A DNA stretch of 60,325 bases, filler included, from Sphacelaria rigidula (lineage: Eukaryota): assembly GCA_964200075.2 (NCBI GenBank). It is 4 parts of 4 records of this genome, joined end to end, with 100 filler letters (N's around TTAATTAATTAA, not from the genome) between each part and the next. Parts side by side here need not be neighbours in the genome. Positions count along the whole stretch, not along the records: positions 15,108 to 30,114 come from CAXNAA020001945.1; positions 30,215 to 45,220 come from CAXNAA020001946.1; 2 more parts are not named here. The stretch is one strand, 5' to 3'. The first letter of the stretch is position 1, and each line of letters starts with the position of its first letter. The notes beneath the pieces are model-generated. The model was given only the letters and a program-made list of their open reading frames with translations. It did no database searches and was not told the DNA's origin. Below are positions 21,992-34,054 of the stretch, one piece after another. A program made the translations under genes and the position numbers.

Positions 21992-24900
21992 ATGGTGCAG
22001 AAATGGGCCGTGGGGGCTATGATCAACATCACGGGGTCGGTAGCCATAAACCTTGGCACCAACCTCATGAAGCTCAGCCACAAGGTCAGTACACCACTTT
22101 AGCGTCATTCCTCAACAGTACAGCAGTTGCACATCACTTAATGTTCCTACCGGCGTTGTGCTAACCGTACTGTGTTGTACACAGGAAGCAGTTGCACTCT
22201 GTACCAGGTAGTCCCCTGTACCCCCATACCGTAGACACCTTTTTTGCCAGGCAGCACACATGCAATACTCTTCTGGTATACCGAAAGGTACAAGGGTCGG
22301 ACAAATGATGATTCGTCTGGAAATTACTTGGTTTTAGTATGATGAGTCGACTCGTGACGAATCAANNNNNNNNNATACCCCTTGGACCAGCGATCATTTT
22401 TTTTCCTTTTGGGCAATCAGGCCGAAGGAATCGTGAATTTGATGATTTGTCCCAACCGTGGAAAGGTATCAACATGAGTACAATAACTGTTCACACGACG
22501 GCCATGTTATGAAGTTACTTGATCATGTACACCTCAATCAAAAGAGAAGGACACCGCTCGGAGCTACACAAAATAACTGAAGTAGGAATAGCTACCGCTA
22601 AGTTATGCCGTACAGTAGTATAAGTCAGCCAGTCGAAATAGGCACATACGAGTTCTACTACGCGACTCATCCCGTGAAGGTATTGCTGAGATATGCCGTG
22701 TAACCCATCGAGTGGAAGTACGACGTAGGTGTCGCAAACTTTCACCATATTGCTGAGATGCACCATACAACTCGGCTAGAGGCCACGGCTGGATCTCGGG
22801 GGGGTCAGTTGAAGTGCGTCAATCAATAAATCAATCAAATCAATTAGTGAAAATGGACACCGCTAAGGCAACTTCTTACTGCAAACAAAAATCATCGAAG
22901 TACACATTTTGCTACTTATCGTCCAGAATTTTGTTCGACCATTTTGTAGGCCGCTTCTTGTGTCAACATTCTATTTTCTTCTGTGTAACTGCCTCTTTGG
23001 TCCTTCGACGTCATTTTTCGCCGGGAACGAGGACTAGCCGGATTTCGACATGTTGGAATGATTTGCTCTACTCGTTGAGACTGTTTCAGAACACCTTCGC
23101 GTTTTGCGGTTGCCGCAGTTTTTTTTTTTGTCAAACTTGCATTTTTGTTCAAGAACGGTCAAGAAGCGTACGCTCCTTCGACAAACTGCAGGGGTATCCT
23201 GAAACCGTCTCAACAATTAGAAGAAGTCATTCCAATGTGTCAGATTCCTCTTAGCCCTCTTTCAGGGCGTAAAACGACGCAGATGAACCAACAAGCCAGT
23301 TCTACAGTTTTTTTTTTTTTGCCATATGAGTGGCCGCTTCTTTTAGTGGACGAAAATTGAAAAAGTTGGAACGATGCCTTTTTTCGGAGCTTCTACGTCG
23401 TTTCACGCCGTAAGAGAGCTGGACGAATTTTTGACACCTTGGAATGCCTTGCTGTACTCGTTGAGATGGTACCAGCACATCTGTGCGTTTTTCCGGTGGC
23501 GGCAATTTTTTTCTTGCCCATCTTGCACTATTCTCGGAGACCGGTCAAGCCCACAAAAATTTGACGAATGCGAATTTGCGAATTTATGTGGACTTGACCT
23601 GTCTCCGAAAAAAATGAGCGTTCTCCGAGAAAAATGCAAGTTTGGGCAAGGAAAGAACTGCGACCATCGGACAAACGCACAGGTGTGCTGGAACCATCTC
23701 AACGAGTACAGCAAAGCATTTCCAGGTGTCAAAAATTCGTCCAGCTCTCTCTTAGGGCGTGAAACGGCGTCGAAACTCCAAAAAGACACCTCTCCAGATT
23801 TTTATTCTTGTCCACCATGAGAAGTGGCCTTATGAAAGAAAAAATGTTAGAAAAAAAACTCATTTATTTTCTTGGACACAAGAATTTGACGATCCCAGGC
23901 TAGAGTTCGTGGATTTTTGGCTGAGCAAGAAGCTCAAACAAGAAATTTCGCGATAGAGAGCTCCGGGTACCACCTACCTATGCCCCAGCTCTCTTGTCTC
24001 GTCTTCCACACACTCTACTCCCATTACAAAACAATTGTACAACTCAGGGGGTGACACGCATGTAGTGACGAACTGTTTATTGCTCCAGAGCTGGCCAAGG
24101 CGAGCAGTCATGAAAACCATGGTATTCGCGGTCAGCCAAGCACTGCGCATGCACGATTGTACGGATGTGTTTCCTCTGAAGACACCGACGACTATATATG
24201 TAGCAGCTGCTTTGTGTCGAGTGGTACTACCATGTCATACTATTGTGCTACAAGGGACCACAAGTATAGATTGTCCAGACGAGAGTAGTAATAATACTAG
24301 TGTTCTTGTATTGTACTCCTCATATACTGTACACCGTATCAATTCACGTCTGCTGTATTCGGAGTACCGCAGCGTCAAATAACACGCCGTTATCTGCCCG
24401 AATATTCTCCGTTGTTCCGCGCATTGGCTGCTGCACTTGTGGACAGTCATAGCCACCTGATAGCACACGCACATCGGGTTCGTATTCGAAACTCAACTGA
24501 AATTCCTTTCTGAGATGCTGAAACTGAGTGTTTTTGTTTTGTTGCCAGAAGAGGTGGTGAAATTAAAAAAAAAAAAGTCATATTTTTGGGCCAACGAGAA
24601 TTGACGAAAAATGTTTTTATTTTATTTTGTCTAGCTTTTGTTTCCCATGAGAAGCTGCCTGAGTCATACCATACAACTCAGCTAGTGGGAAAATAGATAC
24701 CGCTGGCTTATGCGAAATTGAGTTTACTCGAAATGGAGTGAGTCAAGTTGTCCAACATGTGCGCTCGTCACCTTCCACCAGAGTGATGTTGGCGTCCATA
24801 TTCCGTCATGTACCGGACAAGGGGTAGTCATGAGAGCAGTGTGGAAATCGACCCAGGACTCAAATCACATTTCCCCCAACGCAGGGTAGACACAAAACTC

Positions 24901-27900
24901 CCCGGTTTTGAGCTGCTCATATACAGGCGGTCCCTGGGTGACGCACGTGTTGTACAACTGCGTTTACTTGCGGAGAAACAGGAAGAGTCAGTCCTTATAG
25001 CACCCGAGGCTTTCTGTTCCGATAATCCGGCCTGACAGTCCCGTCGCCATCCGGACTATGGCAAATGCAGCGGTCTATGTCCATCGTTGAGCAGGTGGGT
25101 TGGAGTTTTGGGTTGTCTAGTGTCGACTACGAAGACGCTCGAAGCGGCGCGCTCGTAGGCCACGGCTTGAAACACCTTGGCACATGCCGTACCACGTAGG
25201 GTGGAGGTAGGGTTACCGCTCATTGTGGTTGCGATCGACCTGAAACAAGCGTACGGTACTATGTATGTACTCTTTGATTTTTTTATTTACTGTCGCAGAT
25301 CAACTGACCCTCTCGGGATCCAGCCGTAGTCGCATGATGGACGTAACCAAGACAAGACAAGACAAGACTGGAACACTCGCTGAAGAAAAAGAAGGAATAG
25401 GAGAAGTCGAACAGAGCGACGCATTAATTGTAGACTAGGACGTAAATAAAAAAAACTGAAATTAAAGCAAGGCACAGAAAGAAATGGCCGGTCTGAAACA
25501 AGAAAAGGAAAAAAAACGAAAGAACAAGAAAGACTAGAAAAAAATATCAGAAATAAAAAGGGAGAAGCCCAAGGAATTCAGGGCAGCAGAGTAGATACAG
25601 ACACGCACCAGTGGGCACCGCAGAGCCACCGACTTACGACATAATCAACAACCGACATGGGCAGACAAGATTCTTTGACTGGCGGCCCTCGACGCAGCAG
25701 CATATCGTTTATGAGGGCGGTATGATTCTAGTTTGTCCGCGCGTCGCCACGTGTACTGTGCTGTACTAATGTCCATACGGATAAGTGGGTGGCAACAGCT
25801 CGGGGAAGCCAGAACCCCGTTCTTCTGTAGAGTATGGATGTTGTTCTTTCACCAGAACAACTATTCAGGACTCCCCAAAATCGTCAGACCAAGTGAACGC
25901 CACCGACGCAAAGGGGTTTTAGCCCCTTCAGCGCCCATGCGCCTCGATTGTCCCTTGCCGGGGGTTTCTTAATCGTTCGTTTTGGCTAAAGAGATGACGT
26001 CTTCATCGAAACGGCCAGGGATCTGGACCCGCTCGGCCATTTTTACGCGCACATAGCTCGTGCTCTCTTCTTATCGTGTTTGCGCAGTACCAGCAGCTGC
26101 TCGTCAATCGCATGTGCATTTTCACTGTTGAGAGCGTCGACGCCAATGCTAGCGGGATAACTAGAGCGTTTAGGGCGCAACCATCCTATTCACCATTGAC
26201 GGCGGCACGAAAGCAGGCTAGACTGTAGCAAAACCCCAACTTGGCTGCTGAACCCTTTGAGGCAGTTACGATCCTATCGGTAAAAAAATAGAATGTTCAG
26301 GATCGTTGCAATGCCCGAGCGTCCTGCCGTGGTCTTCGCATACCATATTGCCATCCTCTACGGAACTGTCGGGAGCCGCAACAGGCCGCGGGTGCTACAA
26401 GTGTCAATTCTGAGAGAGATTTATTCCCGACGGAGTTTGAGGGGGAGGACTCGTTATCGCGCTCATGTTGTTGACGACCTTCGTGACGAGGGGTATTGGC
26501 ATCGTACAGCTAGGAATATGGCGGGTTGTAATAACACAGAAATCAATGCATTCGATAATGTCACCCATAGCTGCGAAATAGTCGATGATAACCGTAAAAT
26601 GCGTAGATTGCGTAGCCCCCCCCCCCTCCCCCCCTATCTTCCGCCGGCTCTTTTGGGCATGACGGAGGGGGGGGGAGGGAATGAGCACACTGCTGCCAAG
26701 AATCCGGCAAAATGATTAATGCTGACCTGTGAAAGCATGACGCTAACGAAACAGTTGGAGAAAGGAGAGCTGCTGCCCACCATGCTCGGAATCGGGCGCG
26801 AGAGAAATGCGGTTCTTGAGGATGGGGAAAAAAGGAGACCGCCCGTACCCGTTCCGTCGCCTGCCAGCGACGTGCACATGCGCGTACCGGCCAACTCGAG
26901 CAGCGACGACGAAGGCACCAATTCGACGGCGTTCAGCGCGGACGGCCGTGTTAATGGGCACGGCGACCGCTGTGACGAGAGGGGCGTTGGGGGGGGTATA
27001 CAAGGCGATGGTGTTCTGCTGCCAGTCGTGTTGCCTACGTTACATCCTTCCGAGGTGGAGACTGCGCCGTAAACTAGAGATTGGCTTATTCGGACGTGAG
27101 GCAGCCGCGTCGTTTGAATGCCGTAGAGGTTGTTCCTTGGAGATTTGCAGTATATATAAGTATATATATTTTTTTCAAGTAAGGTGGCCACGGTTATGTC
27201 CTTGGAGTGCCAATTTGCATTGTTTCATACTTGGAAACTGCCTCCTGGCCCCCTTCACCCTTCCCTTCTTGAGGCAAGTGCGATGTCGCAGGGAGGTAAC
27301 GGTACTTGTGTGGCCATCTGACCATTTATCATGGAGCATTGATTGCATCAGCACTCCGACACCCTCTCCACTTTTCTGATGAATTCCGGTACCCACCCGG
27401 GACAAAATAGAATCCAATCTCCATTTTTGTCTGAGTAATCTTGGCCCCGCACTGACGTAAGATCGCACTTGATTCGTAGTTGAAAGTACGGTGAAGAATC
27501 GAAGACTAGAAAATGTGGGGTCCCGTTATTGTGCGGCCATGCCCGACAGTCGACATATCATGGCATACCGTGAAACGCGGTGGATGCGGGTCGAGGTGGT
27601 GTGTTGGAAAGGGTATCTCGTACATTTGGGTATTTTGATTATCGTATCTTTTCGTGCCCAAAGTTTGGTTATGAAGTATTGAGATTGTACTCAAAAATTC
27701 AAGTTCACGGTCGAGGAGGGGAAAGAACCGCAGAAAAGGGTGGAGTTCTCAAAACGGAATAAAAAACTCACGTGTTGAGCTCCTCCTGTGTGACCCCGGC
27801 TGATGCCCCCACATGAACGAAAATATGTAGATTTGCGTCCAGAATAGATGGGATAACGACAGACACAGCACACTCTCAAAAATAGGCGAGGCATTGAAGT

Positions 27901-29587
27901 GAAGAATGCGATCGTACCTAATTCCACCCAATATTTGAGCAGAGTTTGGAAATGCGGATCATCTCAACACCAAATCCGGGAGAGTTTATAGACGGGTATT
28001 TACCCCATCCAAACACACCCTTGGTTGGTTGTATGGTAATAGCCCTCTCCCCGCCACCCGAGAAAGCATTTTCACCTGTTTTTGGCACCATTCCGACACC
28101 TGTAGTACTGTATCTTGCATCCTGCTCTCCTTCTTTACGGTGGGGTGATCCTCGGGAACCTCAAGAACTTTCTTCTCTGGGGATGGATGGTATACCCTCG
28201 CGTTTTCCTGTAACACCGTTCGTCTCTTCCCCTCCTCCCCGCAAATCGCCGAAAACCGACCGTCCACCATCCCATCCCATCGCAGGTTAGCCCCTCCAAC
28301 ATGTCAGTTGACTGCAAGGCGCGCGAAGTAGAACTGACGCCCTATTCGTCATATTCCATAGCCCCAACGGAGCCCTCCCCCAGTGTTGGCTCCTCTTGCT
28401 ACTACGACGAAAATACCATGGCGGTGCCTGCGAGCAAAGCTAATGGTGGTAGGGCAAGCGGTGTTAACAGCCTCGGCGGCGTAGGCGGGGGCAGTTGCTC
28501 GGGAAAAACGGAGACCCCATCGCCATCACAATCATCAATATCCATGAGTGGAGTACGGCTGGTATCGTCTCCAGTGGAATTGGAGGGCGGAAGTCAAACA
28601 AAAGCGGACCTGGAGCTATTGTTACGTGGAGAGGGAGTGGACGTGGACGGCGAAGCGCATGGCCGGACGCAGTTATTGGGGGTAGCGCCAGGGGCGACGC
28701 CGGGAGCGGTGGACGGGGACCCGACTGGAGCAGCTGGTTGCCGGACCGTAGCTGCCACTCCCGTTGCAGGACCACAACACGATTGTTTCTTGTCGGGAGA
28801 CGCGCGGTTGTCGAGTGGTCAAAGCGCACGGACAACATCTTCGTCAAGAGGAAGGGGGGCAAGAGGACGGCATAGCAATACCAATAGTAAGCGGAGCTCG
28901 CGAGTCGCGGTTTCTTGCAGTAGTGGTCTGCGGCAGAGGTCATTGAGTCCTCGCAGCAGCAGCACCGGTGGAGGAGTAGGAGAGATGCCTTATGGCGGTG
29001 GGTTCGTATACACAACCACGACAAGCGACGGTGGTTTTGCCGTGGTAAAGCCGTCCGGTGTTGGGCGTAGCAGCGGTAGTGCCGAACGGCATAGTACAAC
29101 ACGACGAGGAGAACGTTCCGAGGTTCGTTCCGCAGGAACAGACGCGGATCGCGGTCGAGATGGTGAGGAGTCCAGCGATTCGATGCGGCCGACACGATCG
29201 ACCCAAACCTGCGAATCTGAGAATCATCTCTATCACGAGGACGACCATGACGATAGTGTTCCGATTCTTGGACTGGGCGGCGATCGTGATGTGCGGGGTG
29301 ATGCGAGCGCGAACTCATCGGGTGACTGGAGCTCAAGCGCGGCACAACAACAGTGGCGTTCGTCGGGGTACCAAGGGAATGAGGGGTGGAGCGGGGGTGA
29401 TTTATTTACGGTTTCGGGAGCAGACGAACGGTTGTTTCGGTGGAGGGTGAGGGCTTGCTGGTGCTGCGGCGCGGTGTTGCTGGTGGTGGGGAGCCTGGTT
29501 AACTTTGCGTCATTCGGGTTCGCGCCGCAGAGCTTGCTGGCCAGTCTCGGCTCGGTGCAGTTCGTGTCTAACGTTGTATTCGGGAAG
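21992..29587 (+). CDS. NIPA-family (DMT superfamily) magnesium transporter-like protein, 3'-partial
   Basis: Exon 21992-22084 encodes MVQKWAVGAMINITGSVAINLGTNLMKLSHK (TM1) and ends at a GTCAGT donor. Exon 26755-27054 is 300 nt, phase 0. Exon 28286-29587 ends WCCGAVLLVVGSLVNFASFGFAPQSLLASLGSVQFVSNVVFGK at a GTGAG donor. NF.SFGFAPQSL.ASLG is the NIPA signature. The remaining exons lie beyond the contig end. Confidence 0.85.
22291..22460 (+). mobile_element. hAT-type MITE, perfect 8-bp TSD (internal N gap)
   Basis: Termini CAAGGGTCGGACAAA and TTTGTCCCAACCGTG; TSD GAAAGGTA on both sides. Confidence 0.9.
22900..23955. repeat. Foldback element with two related hairpin modules
   Basis: 23325-23835 is a long inverted repeat (GAGAGCTGGACGAATTTTTGACACC pairs with GGTGTCAAAAATTCGTCCAGCTCTC). 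23010-23280 is a more diverged copy of the same module. Confidence 0.8.
25275..25560 (-). mobile_element. Same retroelement 3' end family
   Basis: CAACTGACCCTCTCGGGATCCAGCCGTAGTCGCATGATGGACG..AACACTCGCTGAAGAAAAA. Confidence 0.6.
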
Positions 29588-30114
29588 GTGAGAAAATATG
29601 AGTATTTTGCGCTTTTCTTTGGTCAGATTGAGCGTAGCTCTCTTTGTGCAGGCCAGAAGAAGTTGTTGGAGGGGAGGAAGGTTGGCTTGTTGGGGGAGGG
29701 AATGGGGGGGGGGGGGGGGGGGTCTCCCTTTTTTTTTGGCTTTTGGTGCCGGGTTTTTGGCCCCGCGCTCTTTTCGGACCGGCCCACCTTTCCTNNNNNN
29801 NNNNGTTGGTGGGGGGGGGGGGCGTGGTGTGGGGGGGGGGGGGGTGGGGGGGGGGGGGGGGGGGGGGGTACTCCTTTGTTGCTTGCCTTAGTCGTCTGGC
29901 TATTGACCACGCGTCTCTTTCGAGACGGAGCATCGTTCCTACGCTTAGTAGAGACACCTCCAACATTCCGGCGCTTATTACGTTTCTTCCATACATTGCA
30001 CAAATCCCTTTCACACATCTTATCGCCGTCCAGTTTCGCCGTCTGTGGCCACCATCTATCTCCTAGTATAGCCATCGTTTTCTCGCTACTGTCTAATGCA
30101 TCGAACGATTTCGT

Positions 30115-30214
30115 NNNNNNNNNNNNNNNNNNNNNNNNNNNNNNNNNNNNNNNNNNNNTTAATTAATTAANNNNNNNNNNNNNNNNNNNNNNNNNNNNNN
30201 NNNNNNNNNNNNNN
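30115..30214. other. Artificial contig spacer
   Basis: N44-TTAATTAATTAA-N44. Confidence 0.98.
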
Positions 30215-30764
30215 GCCCAATAGTGGGATCGCAGCCGGTTCGTTGGATGATGCCGGTGCACTTTTTGTGGGGGGGCTATCTCGGCATTAGTCTTCCAAGA
30301 CGCGTCATGCAGGGAACGTTCGAGGGGGGGAAGAGATACAGAGGGGGGCAAGAGGGCGAATGGATTCATTGCCTAGAAGACGACTTTAGGTCTTCAATAT
30401 GGAAGAAGAGAAAAAAGGAAGACGGAAACGAGCGTGAAGGAAGTTGACGAATGGCAAGGCAAGGTGGAGGACGGGCTGGAACAGTTCATGGCGAACTGGC
30501 GACGACAGGACAGGAGTTATCGGCGGAGCGCCGTGTGGAGAAAGCGGAGAATGAAGTAATCAAACGAACTAGGGAGCGCGAGGTTACGGACGGATCGAAG
30601 AGAAAGCGAGACGGCAAAATGGGGGACGGAAAAAAAAAAATCGGAAAGCGGGGGGAGCCCCCGTGCACCACTGCCAGAGAAGAGACGAAGACGGAGGAGG
30701 CACAACGCGCGGCAAGTTGTGTGACGGACTGACCATACCGCCCCCTCTCCCACCCGCGCTTGTG

Positions 30765-30767
30765 TTG

Positions 30768-30817
<50 letters not shown>

Positions 30818-30980
30818 CTGATAGGTTGTTGTACTTCAACTGATCTCCCAGGGATCCATTCGTGGTTACCCGCGATGAAAACAAAACGGAAACACTAGCT
30901 GAAGAAGAATGAAGGAAAGATAAAAGTAACAGAAAAGACTAAGACAGTCTTACGCCAAAAACAAAAACGGAACAAAATCC
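30765..30980 (-). mobile_element. 3' end of a non-LTR retroelement with (TCAA)n tail
   Basis: (ATTG)n at 30770-30816, then CAACTGATCTCCCAGGGATCCA..CGTGGT...GGAAACACTAGCTGAAGAA; the same end recurs at least five more times in the window. Confidence 0.6.
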
Positions 30981-31570
30981 GACATCTCTCCGCCCCAATT
31001 CGCACGCACACACTACGCAAGCCCAGGTTCAGCAAGACTAGATTGTTGTCTGTTGTCTACATGACATGTGGTCGAAGTTTCAGCGAGTATAAGCACTGGC
31101 AGCGCTTGCACGGCCGTGCCTCCTGAAGTGAGTACCTCTACAGGCGATACCAAGATGTGTACCACGTAGAATGACATCATCCAGAGCATGCCCGATACGG
31201 ACCGATGTTTGTTTGCCGGGGCAAGAGCCACCCAGCAGGTCATGATGTAGACCTAAGCGCATCTGCGTGTCAACATATGCATCCACTAATGTCTCACGCA
31301 GTCTGGGCCGAGGGGACATCGTTTTGAACGTGTCGATGGCATTGCCCAAAGTCCAAATTCGCTCCGTGCGTCTGGCACACCACGAAATATGTATCGTCCA
31401 TCCGAGAATACGCCTATGCTGTCTGCGTTGTGGTCTACCTCTTTGCCAAGTGTCAGGCCGCTTTGTTCAGACACGGCGGGGAAATCCACAAGCAAAGCAA
31501 CGCTTGACTTGTACTCAAAATACAGTACTAAACCGTCGAAAGATACATGAGGTGCGTATGTATGATTCTT

Positions 31571-31819
31571 GACACTTTCTACGATAATAGCCCCCCCACC
31601 AAGCCAGCCCAAAAGTGTCACAAAAAAATGGCCATACAGCGCCTGATGCGGGGGTTCAGGCCGCATGAAGCACCACATTTTGGCGACATTGGCTGAAACG
31701 AACCCAAGCGCGGGAATTCCCAGCTACTCTTTGTGCTCGGCTTTTACCATTTCGATATGTGTGAAGATTTTGCCTTCCAAAACCATGCTTTTGGGGGGGG
31801 GGCTATCGTAGAAGGTGTC
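31571..31819. mobile_element. MITE with GACACTTTCTACGATA TIRs and 4-bp TSD
   Basis: GACACTTTCTACGATAATAGCCCCCCC pairs with GGGGGGGGCTATCGTAGAAGGTGTC; both ends are flanked by TCTT. Confidence 0.75.
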
Positions 31820-32052
31820 TCTTGTATGCGGGCATTTTAGCATTTAGTTGCGTTTTTTGTTTTTTGACGTAAATGCCCCATGGCTTCGGTAGAAAAGGTC
31901 TTGCTTGTGCAGAAACCACGGCTATACCCCGTTGTAGAAACACCCATAGGAAGTGCAGCTCATCTATTTCGACCTCACTACTTGGATATGAAGCTCTCAT
32001 CCATGAACCCTGCGGAGAGCGGCGCCGAGATACAACTTGCATACATGGGAAG

Positions 32053-32087
<35 letters not shown>

Positions 32088-32724
32088 TGGGGGAGGAACG
32101 ACTAAACAGAAGGGGAGAAGTGATGAAACCCAGATCACAATTTATACTTTCACATTTCCCTTTCTTTGCACCCTCGCCTTCCTTTCCTTTTCTTTCCATC
32201 TTGTCGTTTTTAGTTGTTTTGTTTGGTTTGGTTTATGTCTCGTTGTGTTTTGTTCTCTATTTTGCCTTCTTTTCGGCTCGTAATTGGATCCTATTAAGCT
32301 TTGGTTCGTGTCGCGTCGTCTTGCCGTGCCTGGTTCTGCGTTGTGCTGTCTTGCCCTGTCCTGACTTGTTCGGAATGTCGACCTGTCTGTGCAGTTCCCT
32401 ATTTGGCCTTCTTGGCCTCTTGTGGCCCGCGTATCATAAAACGACTTTTTTTCTGAATTCAGTTGGCTCGTTCGAGCCGTCGTACGTATATTTTCGTGCA
32501 TTTTACTCATGTCTTCGCTGGCGTGACAGTAGAAACCCGCCCTGCGCGGGGTGCCGTGTTTTCATGTCCGTCTGGCGAGTTTTTTTTTCTTGTATTCCAT
32601 GTTTTTGTGCCACGGCTTTGCCACCACTTGGGGTAGATTCTTGAAAAGGGTTAATGTGATGAACAAAAACAAAAACCGCGGGGTGCCGTGTTTTCATGTC
32701 CGTCAGCGAGTTCTTTTCTCATAT

Positions 32725-32730
32725 TGTGTG

Positions 32731-32782
<52 letters not shown>
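32725..32782. repeat. (GT)n microsatellite
   Basis: Direct reading. Confidence 0.95.
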
Positions 32783-32784
<2 letters not shown>

Positions 32785-33456
32785 TACTCATTGTTCACCG
32801 AGAAATGGAAAAGTCTAGTTCTTCAAGCTTTTCGCATGGTAACACTCCACCACAACGCTAGTAGTAACAGAGCTTCCGCCAGATTGAGGATCTAGCGTCG
32901 ATTGAGAGTGACCCTCATGGTTCGTTATAAGGTGGCCATTTTTCCATGTACGGGTGTGTATGTGATCTTTTGCCGCGTGTATAGACATCTCGACTACATT
33001 GCATCGTTTAAACGACACCAGTTTATGCGTCACCGCTGTTTGTAATCCATGACAAAATCGGGGCGGATGGGTGTTACCCACCGTATCTACCGTACTACCC
33101 ATATTCAAGGCACTTGGCTGTCAAATAGTAATTGCATTTGAATCTTACCTTACTTATACCCGTTGCGTGAAGTCCACGGAGAAATCAGAAGCACTTCATG
33201 GGCAAAGTGGCCCCCTAACAAAGGCAACACTGTCGGTGTTTGTTTCCTCTCGCTCTCGAGACTCCCATACAATGATTCGACTCACGTGCACAATGTTCCG
33301 GTCGAATTGCGGGTACATAGACCCCCATTATCTCCCATCTAGTTGAAGTGCCAGACAGCTGCACAACTGCCAAAATATTACAACTCCCCGTCCCGCGCCC
33401 GCCCGCCCTGTCCTCAACCTTCAGAGCATCCACAGCGTGATCTATACGGAACAGTT

Positions 33457-33540
33457 ATGCCCGATCTACACAAATTCATGCCCGATCTGCACAAATTCAT
33501 GCCCGGTCTACACAAGTTCATGCCCAGTCTATACATTCAC
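33457..33540. repeat. 21-bp minisatellite, ~4 units
   Basis: ATGCCCGATCTACACAAATTC units. Confidence 0.85.
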
Positions 33541-34054
33541 ACGCCTGCATGAGGTAAGCACGTTGCTCACCCTCTCCGTATCATCAACCTCACCCCTGCT
33601 TCAACTACAAAACATCTCCCCATTTTCTAGTCCTCGTGTAGTCTACAGCTTCCCTACCGTGTAGCACACACGTCAATTCCAAAATTGTGACACCCGTCGG
33701 TCGAGAATAACAAAGAATGAAAGTCATTGTAGCAATGAGATACAAAATTAATGCTGTAGACAACCTACACATCGACTTTCTCCCATGAAGGTTTCTCGTC
33801 ACGTGGAAACACGCACATATGCACACAGAACTCGTACAGTTCAAGCTCGGTAGGCGTAGACGAAAAACCTCGAGCGAGAGGACTTTTTTGTGGCGCCAAT
33901 CAGTATTTTTACACGAGAAACTTGATGGCATGCGCCCCCACGGCCCACGAGCTGAAGTGCTCTTGACTCTTGTATGAAAGGTCTACTTGTAGGCGCAACA
34001 CGCACGTCTTCGATCCCGACGACAACTGCTTCATGACCGCTTCACGGTGCGGGA

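Noticed and set aside
28464..29345. 293-aa minus-strand ORF
   Set aside because: Antisense to the large NIPA exon.
29588..30166. Gly-rich C-terminal extension of the 621-aa ORF
   Set aside because: Lies past the AAG|GTGAG donor; consists of intron, poly-G, Ns and a dispersed repeat.
31880..32644. 254-aa hydrophobic ORF
   Set aside because: Derived from T-rich low-complexity sequence and an (AC)n microsatellite.
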